From Verrucomicrobiota bacterium (GTDB taxonomy: Bacteria; Verrucomicrobiota; Verrucomicrobiia; Limisphaerales; CANJSG01): DNA of 32,460 bases. The DNA is taken from positions 1 through 32,460 of the forward strand of contig JBBQXJ010000056.1 of the NCBI GenBank assembly GCA_038209745.1, written 5' to 3'. The first letter of the stretch is position 1, and every line of letters starts with the position of its first letter. The position numbers and the translations under genes were made by a program. The notes under the pieces are model-generated. The model was given only the letters and a program-made list of their open reading frames with translations. It was not told the DNA's origin and searched no databases. Shown here piece after piece: positions 25,386-32,460 of this stretch.

Positions 25386-26882
25386 CTACCCCGAAACCGC
25401 GTTGTCCGCCAGCGGCGGCCGCAGCGCCGGATCATGCGGGTGCACACCGATCCCACCCCGGCGCTCCGTCGCCTTTTCCAGGTGGAAGACGACTTCCCGC
25501 GGACTGTAGCCATCGGCCGCCGACGCCTTCACCGGCAGCGTGAAGGAACCGTCCGGCAGGCTGAAACGAAAGCTGAACGAACCGTCCGGCCGCAGCCGCA
25601 CCGGGCGACCGTCGATCGTCACTTTCGCATCGCGTTCCGTGGAGCCGTAGACCACGACCTCGGCGTTCACCTTGAACCAAAAGTCGCGTCCCGCTTCTAC
25701 CGGCACCGGCACGGCGGCTCCGCTGGAAATCCCCAGTTCAAGACTCGTCGGCGCCTGCTTCGGAGCCGCACCGACACCCGGTGGAATCGCGGGCCCGGGA
25801 CCGATCAGCATCTCCGACGCACCCGCCTGAACCGGCGACCAGGTCGCAGTCACCACGGGCGGATGCCACGGCGCCGAAGGGGCCGGAGCGGCGGTGGAGA
25901 CCACCCAGCGTTCGACTGGCGGAGCGAGACGGATCCAAGCCGGCAGCATCGCCTCCACCGGCACCGGACTCAGCGCCGGGGAGATGTCGACCCTCGCCAT
26001 CTGCGGAACACCAGGCCGCGCTCTTTTCGAAACCGGGGGCGCGATTTCCGGAGGCACAAACGCGACCCGCGAGCGGGCCAATTCGCGCCACTCCAGCTCC
26101 AGCGTGATCAGACCCAGCACCGCCCGGTACGCGGTGCCGGAAACCGGCGCCGGAATGAACTCGTGCCGCCGTGCCGGATCCACCGGCAACTCCACCACCA
26201 TCGGGCCTTCCGATTCACCCCGGAAGATCCGCAGCAGCACCTGGCCGCGGGCCGACGCGCGTTGAGCTTCGACGATTTCGTCCACCGAGAAATCCCATCC
26301 CGCAAACAGCGTGAATGGATCCCGTGCGATCAAACTCAGCTCCCGGGTGCCGTAGTGCGGGGGCAACGTCGGAGCGGGCGTGGGCTCCTCGGCCACAACG
26401 ACAGGCTCGGGCTCGGCTTCGACCCTCGGATCTGGTTCCGGATCCGGCGGAGGGGGGGCAAAGCGGACGACCCACTCCGGCGGCAGCGTATCGTCCTCCA
26501 GGAGGATCTTGGGCACCTGGAGATGGGCCGGCAGCTTCTTGGGAGCGTGGGCCGGTTTCAGCGCAGGAAGAACCGCAGGGGGAACAATGGCAACAACCGC
26601 GGCCGCCGCTGCTCGGGAAGTCGGCTTTTTCGGGATTCCGGCGGAAGCCGAAACGCCCACGAACTTTGCGGGTGGCTGCGCAGCGGCTTTCACCGTGGCC
26701 GGTGGAGTGGCGACCTTCTTCAGTGGCGGCTTCCGGGGCGCAGGTTTTTTGGCGGTCGACGCGGGAGGAGCGTCGGACTTCTGCGGCGGTTTTAGGGTCG
26801 CTTTGTGAACCACCGGCTTCGGGGCGGCGGCGAGTGGTTTGTCGGCGGAGGGTTTGGACGCGGTTTTTTTCTTGGAGTGCAT
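25386..26882 (-). CDS. DUF4912-domain protein with Lys/Ala/Pro-rich N-terminus
   Basis: LPPHYGTRELSLIARDPFTLFAGWD (DUF4912-like); C-terminal FWFKVNAEVVVYGSTERDAKVTIDG...PDGSF; start reassigned to ATG 26882. Confidence 0.8.
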   Translation of the reverse strand: MHSKKKTASKPSADKPLAAAPKPVVHKATLKPPQKSDAPPASTAKKPAPRKPPLKKVATPPATVKAAAQPPAKFVGVSASAGIPKKPTSRAAAAAVVAIVPPAVLPALKPAHAPKKLPAHLQVPKILLEDDTLPPEWVVRFAPPPPDPEPDPRVEAEPEPVVVAEEPTPAPTLPPHYGTRELSLIARDPFTLFAGWDFSVDEIVEAQRASARGQVLLRIFRGESEGPMVVELPVDPARRHEFIPAPVSGTAYRAVLGLITLELEWRELARSRVAFVPPEIAPPVSKRARPGVPQMARVDISPALSPVPVEAMLPAWIRLAPPVERWVVSTAAPAPSAPWHPPVVTATWSPVQAGASEMLIGPGPAIPPGVGAAPKQAPTSLELGISSGAAVPVPVEAGRDFWFKVNAEVVVYGSTERDAKVTIDGRPVRLRPDGSFSFRFSLPDGSFTLPVKASAADGYSPREVVFHLEKATERRGGIGVHPHDPALRPPLADNAVSG

Positions 26883-27049
26883 ACGCGGGCCGGAAGAGCG
26901 GGACGGAAGGCGCCTGAGCCGGCCGCAACTTAGTGAGACCCGACCGCCGGGGGCAACGGCAAATTCCATGGGCTGAAAAGCGGCCGGCTCGCGCGGTGGT
27001 TGAAGATGGGAGTCCGCCACGATCTTTCAACCAAAGGAACCGGATCAGC

Positions 27050-27077
27050 AAAAAGGCGGAGCCTAAGCTCCGCCTTT
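27050..27077 (-). terminator. Intrinsic terminator downstream of glyQS
   Basis: AAAGGCGGAGC-CTAA-GCTCCGCCTTT perfect stem; five-U tract on the minus strand. Confidence 0.8.
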
Positions 27078-27115
27078 AACTTGGGACCCTGGACTTCAAG
27101 CTTGGGAAGCGCCGC

Positions 27116-29008
27116 TCAGCGCACCCGGGCCAGCAGCCAGGGCAACAGCTCGGCGATGGGCAACCGCTCCTGCTTGCCGTCGTCGCGATGGCGGATCGTC
27201 ACGGTGTCCAACAGCTCAGGCTTCTCGCCGAGGGTGTCGAAGTCGATCGTGATGCAATACGGCGTGCCGGCTTCGTCCTGACGGGCGTAGCGGCGGCCGA
27301 TGGCGCCGGCCTCGTCGTAGGAGGCGTTCATCTGGCCACGGAGCGACTGGAAAACCGCCCTGGCCTTCGCGACCATCTCCGGCTTGTTCTTCATCAGCGG
27401 GAACACGCCCACCTTGATCGGCGCGATGCGGGGATGGAACTTCAGGATCACACGGGTCTCGCTCTTGCCCTTGTCGTCGGTCGTGGTGACTTCGGAGAAG
27501 GCGTTCGAGAGCAGCGCGAGGATCAAACGGTCCACCCCGGCCGACGGCTCGATGACGTGCGGGATGTATTGGCCCTTGGCCAGTCCTTCGGCGTCTTCCT
27601 TCGCGTCGGCCTCGGCCTTGGCCTGGTCCACGCCGGCCTTCACCAGATACTTCAGGCGGGCGTTGTAATAGCGGTCGGAAAGCTCCTTCTTCTTGGCGTC
27701 GTCGAGCTTGGCCCAGCCGGTGCGCAGGTCCTCGTCGAAGACGCCCATCGTCTTGCCGGAATGGCGCTCGTGCTGGCTGAGATCGAAGTCGCTGCGGGCG
27801 GCGATGCCTTCCAGTTCCTGCGTGCCGAAGGGGAACTTGAAGAGCAGATCGACCGTGGCCCGGGCGTAGTGCGCGAGCTCCTCCGGCTTCTGCCAATACT
27901 CTTCCAGCGACGTGCGGGGCAGACCGATCGCTTCGTAGAAGGCGATGCGTTCCTCGACCCAGTATTTGTGCCACGCCTCCCAGCCCCAATCGGGTTGGGG
28001 AGTGATCGGTGGACAGTTTTCAGTCTCCAGTGAGCCGGACGGATCACGGGCCTCTGGATAGTGCCCTATTCTCCCGCAGATGGCCTCGACGGCTTCGTCG
28101 GGCTTGATGAAGAACTCCAGCTCCATCTGCTCGAACTCGCGCGAGCGGAAGATGTAGTTGCGGGGCGTGACCTCGTTGCGGAAGGCCTTGCCGGTTTGGG
28201 CGATGCCGAACGGCACCTTCTGGCGCGAGGTTTCGTGGACGTTCTTGAACTGCACGAAAATGGCCTGCGCGGTCTCGGGCCGGAGATAGGCGACATCCGC
28301 CTCCGTGGCCGTGGGGCCGACGTAGGTCTTGAACATCAGGTTGAACGGGACGGGTTCAGTCAGCTCAGCCCCATTCTCCGGGTTGAAACCCTGTGAATTT
28401 TCAACCTTTTCAGCTTTCTCCCCAACCAACACCGGATCTTTGATCCCCCGGGATTGATAAAATAGAACCGCAGTCTTCCGGGCGGATTCAGGCGGTTTCC
28501 CGGGTGTAAGCAGCACTGAAAACTTCTGGCCCGATTCCTTACCAGCAACAGTCGTGGCAAATAACTGATTGCCGAACGGCCGATCGGAGGCGAGGTCGAC
28601 ACCACCACCGGTAGATGCTTTGCATTGCTCAAAATACTCACGATCAAGAGCGCCGGCGTAGCGGTAAACCAAGCCGCTCTGCGGCTCAACTTGGTCCGCA
28701 CGGAACCGCTTCTTGGTCAGCAAGCAGTCGCACATCGGATCGCTGAAGGTGTCCACGTGGCCGGAAGCGCGCCAGATCTGCGGCGCCATGATGATGGTGG
28801 CTTCGAGGCCGACGACGTCGTCGCGCAGGCGGGTCATGGTGGTCCACCAAGCGTCCTTGACGTTGCGCTTCAGCTCGGCGCCCAGCGGGCCGTAGTCCCA
28901 GAATCCCTGGATACCGCCGTAGATCTCCGAAGACGGGAAGATGAAGCCACGGCGTTTGCAGAGGGAGACGATCTTCTCCATCTGCTCGTTCTGTTTCGGT
29001 TCGGCCAT
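27116..29008 (-). CDS. glyQS: Glycine--tRNA ligase, alpha2 (GlyQS) type
   Basis: SEIYGG...WDYGPLG, YLRPETAQ, GKAFRNEVTP...FRSREFEQME, HVIEPSAGVDR and IGRRYARQDEAGTP; contains three insertions. Confidence 0.96.
   Translation of the reverse strand: MAEPKQNEQMEKIVSLCKRRGFIFPSSEIYGGIQGFWDYGPLGAELKRNVKDAWWTTMTRLRDDVVGLEATIIMAPQIWRASGHVDTFSDPMCDCLLTKKRFRADQVEPQSGLVYRYAGALDREYFEQCKASTGGGVDLASDRPFGNQLFATTVAGKESGQKFSVLLTPGKPPESARKTAVLFYQSRGIKDPVLVGEKAEKVENSQGFNPENGAELTEPVPFNLMFKTYVGPTATEADVAYLRPETAQAIFVQFKNVHETSRQKVPFGIAQTGKAFRNEVTPRNYIFRSREFEQMELEFFIKPDEAVEAICGRIGHYPEARDPSGSLETENCPPITPQPDWGWEAWHKYWVEERIAFYEAIGLPRTSLEEYWQKPEELAHYARATVDLLFKFPFGTQELEGIAARSDFDLSQHERHSGKTMGVFDEDLRTGWAKLDDAKKKELSDRYYNARLKYLVKAGVDQAKAEADAKEDAEGLAKGQYIPHVIEPSAGVDRLILALLSNAFSEVTTTDDKGKSETRVILKFHPRIAPIKVGVFPLMKNKPEMVAKARAVFQSLRGQMNASYDEAGAIGRRYARQDEAGTPYCITIDFDTLGEKPELLDTVTIRHRDDGKQERLPIAELLPWLLARVR
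28001..28033. repeat. Degenerate 7-bp tandem repeat inside glyQS
   Basis: AGTGATC-GGTGGAC-AGTTTTC-AGTCTCC-AGTGA. Confidence 0.55.
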
Positions 29009-29149
29009 AAGACCGTGGATGTTCCGCCGGCCCGAAGCCGAGTGTCAAGGCGGCCACCGGTCGCAAAGTGCCGCTTCGCAATTTTACCCGGAAGGGGAGA
29101 GCGACGGCTCCGGCCGGGCCGCCTTGGGGCGATGAGGCTTTCTGAACGA

Positions 29150-29191
29150 CCACACTGGCGACTCCGGAACGAAACGGAGTCGCCAGTGTGG
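29150..29191. terminator. Perfect 17-bp stem-loop between the EIIA gene and glyQS (terminator-like)
   Basis: CCACACTGGCGACTCCG-GAACGAAA-CGGAGTCGCCAGTGTGG; no strong U-tract. Confidence 0.5.
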
Positions 29192-29219
29192 CCTCCATAA
29201 ATCCAGCAGATCCTCCGGC

Positions 29220-29245
29220 GGTTTGGCGGGAGCCAGCGCCCTCCC
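29220..29245 (-). repeat. Solitary REP copy related to the aldH-internal element
   Basis: Reverse complement GGGAGGGCGCTGGCTCCCGCCAAACC vs GGTAGGGCGAAGGCTCCCGCCGAGCC at 5990 (21/26). Confidence 0.6.
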
Positions 29246-29254
29246 GTTCCCGCT

Positions 29255-29719
29255 TCACTCGCCCTCGGCGTTCCAGAGGAGCTCGATCGCCAGAGCGGGC
29301 GTGGCGGCGGTCATCAGAGTACGGCGCAGCTTGGGATCGCGCAGCATCCGGCTGATCCGCGCGAGCAGGCCGAGGTGGATGGTGACGTTGGGCGCGGCCA
29401 GGAGGAAAATCAGGTGGGCGGGCTGTCCGTCGATGGCGTTGAATTGCAGTCCGGCGACGTGCCGCGCGAAGATCACCGCCGGCTGGCTGACCAGGCCCAC
29501 CAGGGCGTTGCGCGAATGGGGCAACGCGATGCCATCGCCGATACCCGTGCTATGGAGCTGTTCGCGCTCGATCAGCGCCTTGAAGAGCGTGTCCTGTCCG
29601 GCCTCGTCGCCGGCAAGGTCCGGCACCATCTCCACCATCTTGCGGAACACTTCGTCCCGGCTGTTGGTGACAAGGTTCATCAGTTCTTTGCTGGTCACGA
29701 GGTGGTCGCTGAGTCGCAT
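29255..29719 (-). CDS. PTS EIIA (fructose/mannitol/Ntr-type) domain protein
   Basis: EREQLHSTGIGDGIALPH (phospho-His), FNAIDGQPAHLIFLL and HLGLLARISRML; it is the 3' part of track ORF 29255..31288. Confidence 0.9.
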   Translation of the reverse strand: MRLSDHLVTSKELMNLVTNSRDEVFRKMVEMVPDLAGDEAGQDTLFKALIEREQLHSTGIGDGIALPHSRNALVGLVSQPAVIFARHVAGLQFNAIDGQPAHLIFLLAAPNVTIHLGLLARISRMLRDPKLRRTLMTAATPALAIELLWNAEGE

Positions 29720-29863
29720 AGGATGGGATTTTGAGTGGAAGGGGCTCTGAGTTAGGAGAAAATAGGGTCTTCGGCGAGGGTTCCAAGCAAATGTTCCCGT
29801 CCGTCCCCACCAGCTTCCCAGTCGTGCCTCGACTCCCGTTCCGCGACCTTCCACGCTCATTTC

Positions 29864-31198
29864 ATGATTCAGCGTTATTCGCGCCCCGAGATGCGCGCTA
29901 TTTGGACCGACGAGAACAAGCTCAAGATCTGGCTCCAGATCGAGCTGCTCGCCAGCGAAGCCCTCGTCGCCGACGGCGTCGTGCCCAAGAAGGATTTCGC
30001 CAGGATGAAGGCCGGCGCCGACAAGTGCTTCGCCGACACCAAGGCCCTGACCGAGCGCGCCAAGGAACTGGAGAAGACGCTCAACCATGACGTCATCGGC
30101 TTCACCACCGCCGTCTCCGAGCAGATCGACGATCCGGCGAGCCGCTGGCTCCACTTCGGCCTGACCAGCTCCGACATCGTGGACACCGCGTTCGCTGTCC
30201 AGATGGTCCAGTCGGCTGACATCCTCATCCAGGACGTCGAGACGCTGCTGCCCGTCATCGCCCGCCGCGCCAAGGAACACATGATGACGCCCTGCATCGG
30301 CCGCAGCCACGGCATCCACGGCGAACCCACCACCTTCGGCCTCAAGCTCGCGTTGATGCACGAGGAGTTCGTCCGCGCGTTGTCCCGCCTCAAGCACGTC
30401 CGCAAAGTTGTCGCGATTGGAAAGCTCAGCGGTGCCGTCGGCACCAACGCCCACTTGTCTCCGAAAGTTGAGGCGGCCGTGTGCAAACACCTCGGTCTCG
30501 CGCCCGCGTCCATCGCCACCCAGGTCGTCCAGCGCGACATCCACGCCGAGTTCATGAACTGCCTCGCGCTCATCGCGTCCGGCTTCGAGCATTGGGGCGT
30601 CGAGTTCCGCCACCTCCAGCGCACCGAGGTGCTGGAAGCCGAGGAGCCCTTCGCCAAGGGCCAGAAAGGCAGCAGCGCCATGCCGCACAAGCGCAACCCC
30701 ATCACCTGGGAACGCCTCACCGGCCTCGCCCGCGTCATCCGCGCCAACGCCATTGCCGGCATGGAGAACGTCGCCCTCTGGCACGAGCGCGACATCAGCC
30801 ACAGCTCCGTCGAGCGCATCATCTTCCCCGACTCCTGCACGCTGCTCGACTACATGTTCGGCCTGCTCACCCGCCTGATGGACGGCCTCCTCGTCTATCC
30901 GGAGAACATGAAGAAGAACCTCGGGCTCAGCCTCGGCATGTGGAACAGCCAGACCGTCCTCCTCGCCCTCATCCGCAAGGGCCTGACCCGCGAGGACGCC
31001 TACGGTCTCGTCCAGCGCAACGCCATGAAGACCTGGGAAGTGAAGCACGCCGGCCGCGACGACGCCGACTTCCTCGAAGTCCTCAAGTCCGACGCCGACG
31101 TGGCCCAGCACTTCAAGAAGGGCGAACTGGAGAAACTCTGCTCCCTCGACTTCCACCTGAAGGAAGTGAAGAACCGCTTCAAGAAGCTCGGACTGTAA
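29864..31198 (+). CDS. purB: Adenylosuccinate lyase
   Basis: MIQRYSRPEM, HFGLTSSD, GRSHGIHGEPTTFG, GSSAMPHKRNP signature and WHERDISHSSVER. Confidence 0.97.
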   Translation: MIQRYSRPEMRAIWTDENKLKIWLQIELLASEALVADGVVPKKDFARMKAGADKCFADTKALTERAKELEKTLNHDVIGFTTAVSEQIDDPASRWLHFGLTSSDIVDTAFAVQMVQSADILIQDVETLLPVIARRAKEHMMTPCIGRSHGIHGEPTTFGLKLALMHEEFVRALSRLKHVRKVVAIGKLSGAVGTNAHLSPKVEAAVCKHLGLAPASIATQVVQRDIHAEFMNCLALIASGFEHWGVEFRHLQRTEVLEAEEPFAKGQKGSSAMPHKRNPITWERLTGLARVIRANAIAGMENVALWHERDISHSSVERIIFPDSCTLLDYMFGLLTRLMDGLLVYPENMKKNLGLSLGMWNSQTVLLALIRKGLTREDAYGLVQRNAMKTWEVKHAGRDDADFLEVLKSDADVAQHFKKGELEKLCSLDFHLKEVKNRFKKLGL

Positions 31199-31232
31199 AA
31201 GTCCGACCCGATGCTCCAAGATTTCGCCACCC

Positions 31233-31790
31233 ATGAAGGAGCCAAAGCCAGCCCAGCCCGTGCCGATGGAGCGGATCGAACGGCTCATCCATCTCGTGCG
31301 CGGTGAGAAGGTGATGCTCGACGCCGATCTGGCGGAGCTCTACGGCGTGACGACCAGTGCGCTGAACCAAGCCGTCCGCCGCAACGCCTCCCGGTTCCCG
31401 GACGATTTCATGTTCCGTCTGAGCAGTGACGAAGCGGAAGTGCTGCTTCGTTCAAGATCACAGTCTGTGACCTTGAAGCGCGGACAGAACCTCAAACACC
31501 TCCCCCATGCCTTCACCGAGCAGGGCGTGGCCATGCTCTCCAGCGTCCTGCGCAGCGAACGCGCCGTGCAGGTGAACGTCGCCATCATGCGGGCCTTCGT
31601 GGGCCTGCGCCGGATGCTGGCCGACAACCGCGCCCTCGCCATCAAGCTGGCCGAAATGGACCGCAAACTCGAAGGCCACGACCAGGCCATCCGCTCGCTC
31701 TTCGACGCCATCCGCGAGCTCATGGACCCGCTAACCAAACCTAAACGGGAGATGGGCTTCCATGCCGGCAAACCAGCCAGGCAAAAATGA
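31233..31790 (+). CDS. ORF6N-domain DNA-binding protein
   Basis: VRGEKVMLDADLAELYGVTT..LNQAVRRN..RFPDDFMF and PHAFTEQGVAMLSSVLRSERA; coiled-coil tail ending REMGF. Confidence 0.9.
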   Translation: MKEPKPAQPVPMERIERLIHLVRGEKVMLDADLAELYGVTTSALNQAVRRNASRFPDDFMFRLSSDEAEVLLRSRSQSVTLKRGQNLKHLPHAFTEQGVAMLSSVLRSERAVQVNVAIMRAFVGLRRMLADNRALAIKLAEMDRKLEGHDQAIRSLFDAIRELMDPLTKPKREMGFHAGKPARQK

Positions 31791-31810
31791 ACCCAGCGAC
31801 AACCCCGGGG

Positions 31811-31898
31811 CTTCGAGATGGGCGAACCGGAGAAACTCTGCTCCCTCGCCTGCCTCCTGAAGGAAGTGAAGAACCGCTTCAAGAAGCTGGGGCTGTGA
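31811..31898 (+). pseudogene. Duplicated, decayed 3' end of purB
   Basis: 79/88 nt identical to 31111-31198 (offset 700 bp); reads FEMGEPEKLCSLACLLKEVKNRFKKLGL*. Confidence 0.9.
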
Positions 31899-31919
31899 GC
31901 AAACTCAAGTAACGAACAA

Positions 31920-32324
31920 ATGACCAATCTTGTTCATGAATTCACTGGGAAGAGTGTTTCGGAGCTAAAGATTCCCGTGTTTCTCGGGATTCTTGGCCTA
32001 GCCGGCCCTTTGCTGACCTATTTTGCCAGAAGATGGTGGGAGAGCCGAAAACCACTATCTGCAAATGCGAAGCGTCTTTTGAATCGGATCAAAGGCGATC
32101 CGACGCACGAGGCAAAGGGGATCACCCTTCACTTTGTGATAGGCCGTATGAACTATTGGTCCTATCGCGTGCTTGAATCCGATTCGACTGAGCTTGGAAT
32201 GTTCTACGAGATCGATGGTGACTACCTGAAAGTGTGCAAAGCAGTTGAAGAATTGGTTCAAGCCAACAAGCTCCAGCTAGACCCCCAATCTCATTCCGGG
32301 TTGAAGATATACAGCCTCACTTAA
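31920..32324 (+). CDS. Hypothetical low-GC protein with N-terminal TM helix
   Basis: 134-aa ORF; hydrophobic IPVFLGILGLAGPLLTYFA; clearly AT-richer than the window. Confidence 0.65.
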   Translation: MTNLVHEFTGKSVSELKIPVFLGILGLAGPLLTYFARRWWESRKPLSANAKRLLNRIKGDPTHEAKGITLHFVIGRMNYWSYRVLESDSTELGMFYEIDGDYLKVCKAVEELVQANKLQLDPQSHSGLKIYSLT

Positions 32325-32329
32325 GGGGA

Positions 32330-32355
32330 CTTCCAAAAACCGACCTTTTTGGAAG
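32330..32355. terminator. Hairpin after the low-GC ORF (possible terminator)
   Basis: CTTCCAAAAA-CCGACC-TTTTTGGAAG, perfect 10-bp inverted repeat 5 bp after the stop. Confidence 0.45.
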
Positions 32356-32460
32356 CGGGGCGTTGAAAATGGAAATGGGAAAGCAAAGGGGAAGACCCGG
32401 GGTGGCCCGATGGAAGGGAGCGGCTGGATCTGCGAAGGACGGAAGGGGGTCGCGAGGTGT

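Noticed and set aside
23562..26795. 1077-aa plus-strand ORF
   Set aside because: Antisense shadow of the GH57, membrane-protein and DUF4912 genes; Arg/Gly/Pro-rich with no motifs, as expected in high-GC DNA.
28381..28660. Intein or intron in glyQS
   Set aside because: No Cys/Ser start with His-Asn end, too short, frame continuous, and no group I/II intron hallmarks seen.
29009..29254. T-box or glycine riboswitch upstream of glyQS
   Set aside because: No recognisable T-box (GGTGGnACC) or glycine-aptamer consensus; only a plain hairpin and a REP copy.
29720..31288. Apparent 677-aa fusion ORF ending in a PTS EIIA domain
   Set aside because: The upstream part is antisense to purB; the real gene starts at ATG 29719.
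31818..31898. 26-aa mini-ORF in the duplicated purB tail
   Set aside because: Its ATG arises from a K>M change in a decaying copy, and there is no evidence of translation.
31233..32324. Prophage suggested by the ORF6N gene
   Set aside because: No integrase, structural or replication genes in the window; ORF6N genes often occur alone.

Overview
GC-rich bacterial chromosomal window; gene content, the alpha2-type GlyRS and the repeat families suggest Verrucomicrobia or another PVC lineage (inference). The left third starts with the end of an ISL3 element. It is followed by a MerR/B12 (CarH/LitR-type) photoreceptor-repressor transcribed divergently, across an AT-rich spacer with CarH-type 11-bp operator repeats, from a tightly coupled operon. 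That operon opens with a non-ECF sigma-70 factor and continues with an atypical SDR, a C30-carotenoid set (crtN-like, aldehyde dehydrogenase, crtP-like, acyltransferase, crtQ-like; no crtM/crtB) and a secreted thioredoxin-like protein. The rest is mostly housekeeping: trmL, truA, ruvX/yqgF, hemL, feoA-feoA-feoB, a CPA2 antiporter, a Nudix hydrolase, fabI, bioD, GH57 with DUF4912, glyQS, PTS EIIA and purB. Structure not explained by the gene calls includes (1) palindromic REP-like elements in frame inside several genes, (2) a mosaic glyQS with insertions of different composition, and (3) a decayed duplicate of the purB 3' end 700 bp downstream, bracketing an ORF6N gene, which suggests gene capture at the purB tail. 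Family assignments come from recognised motifs; no searches were run.
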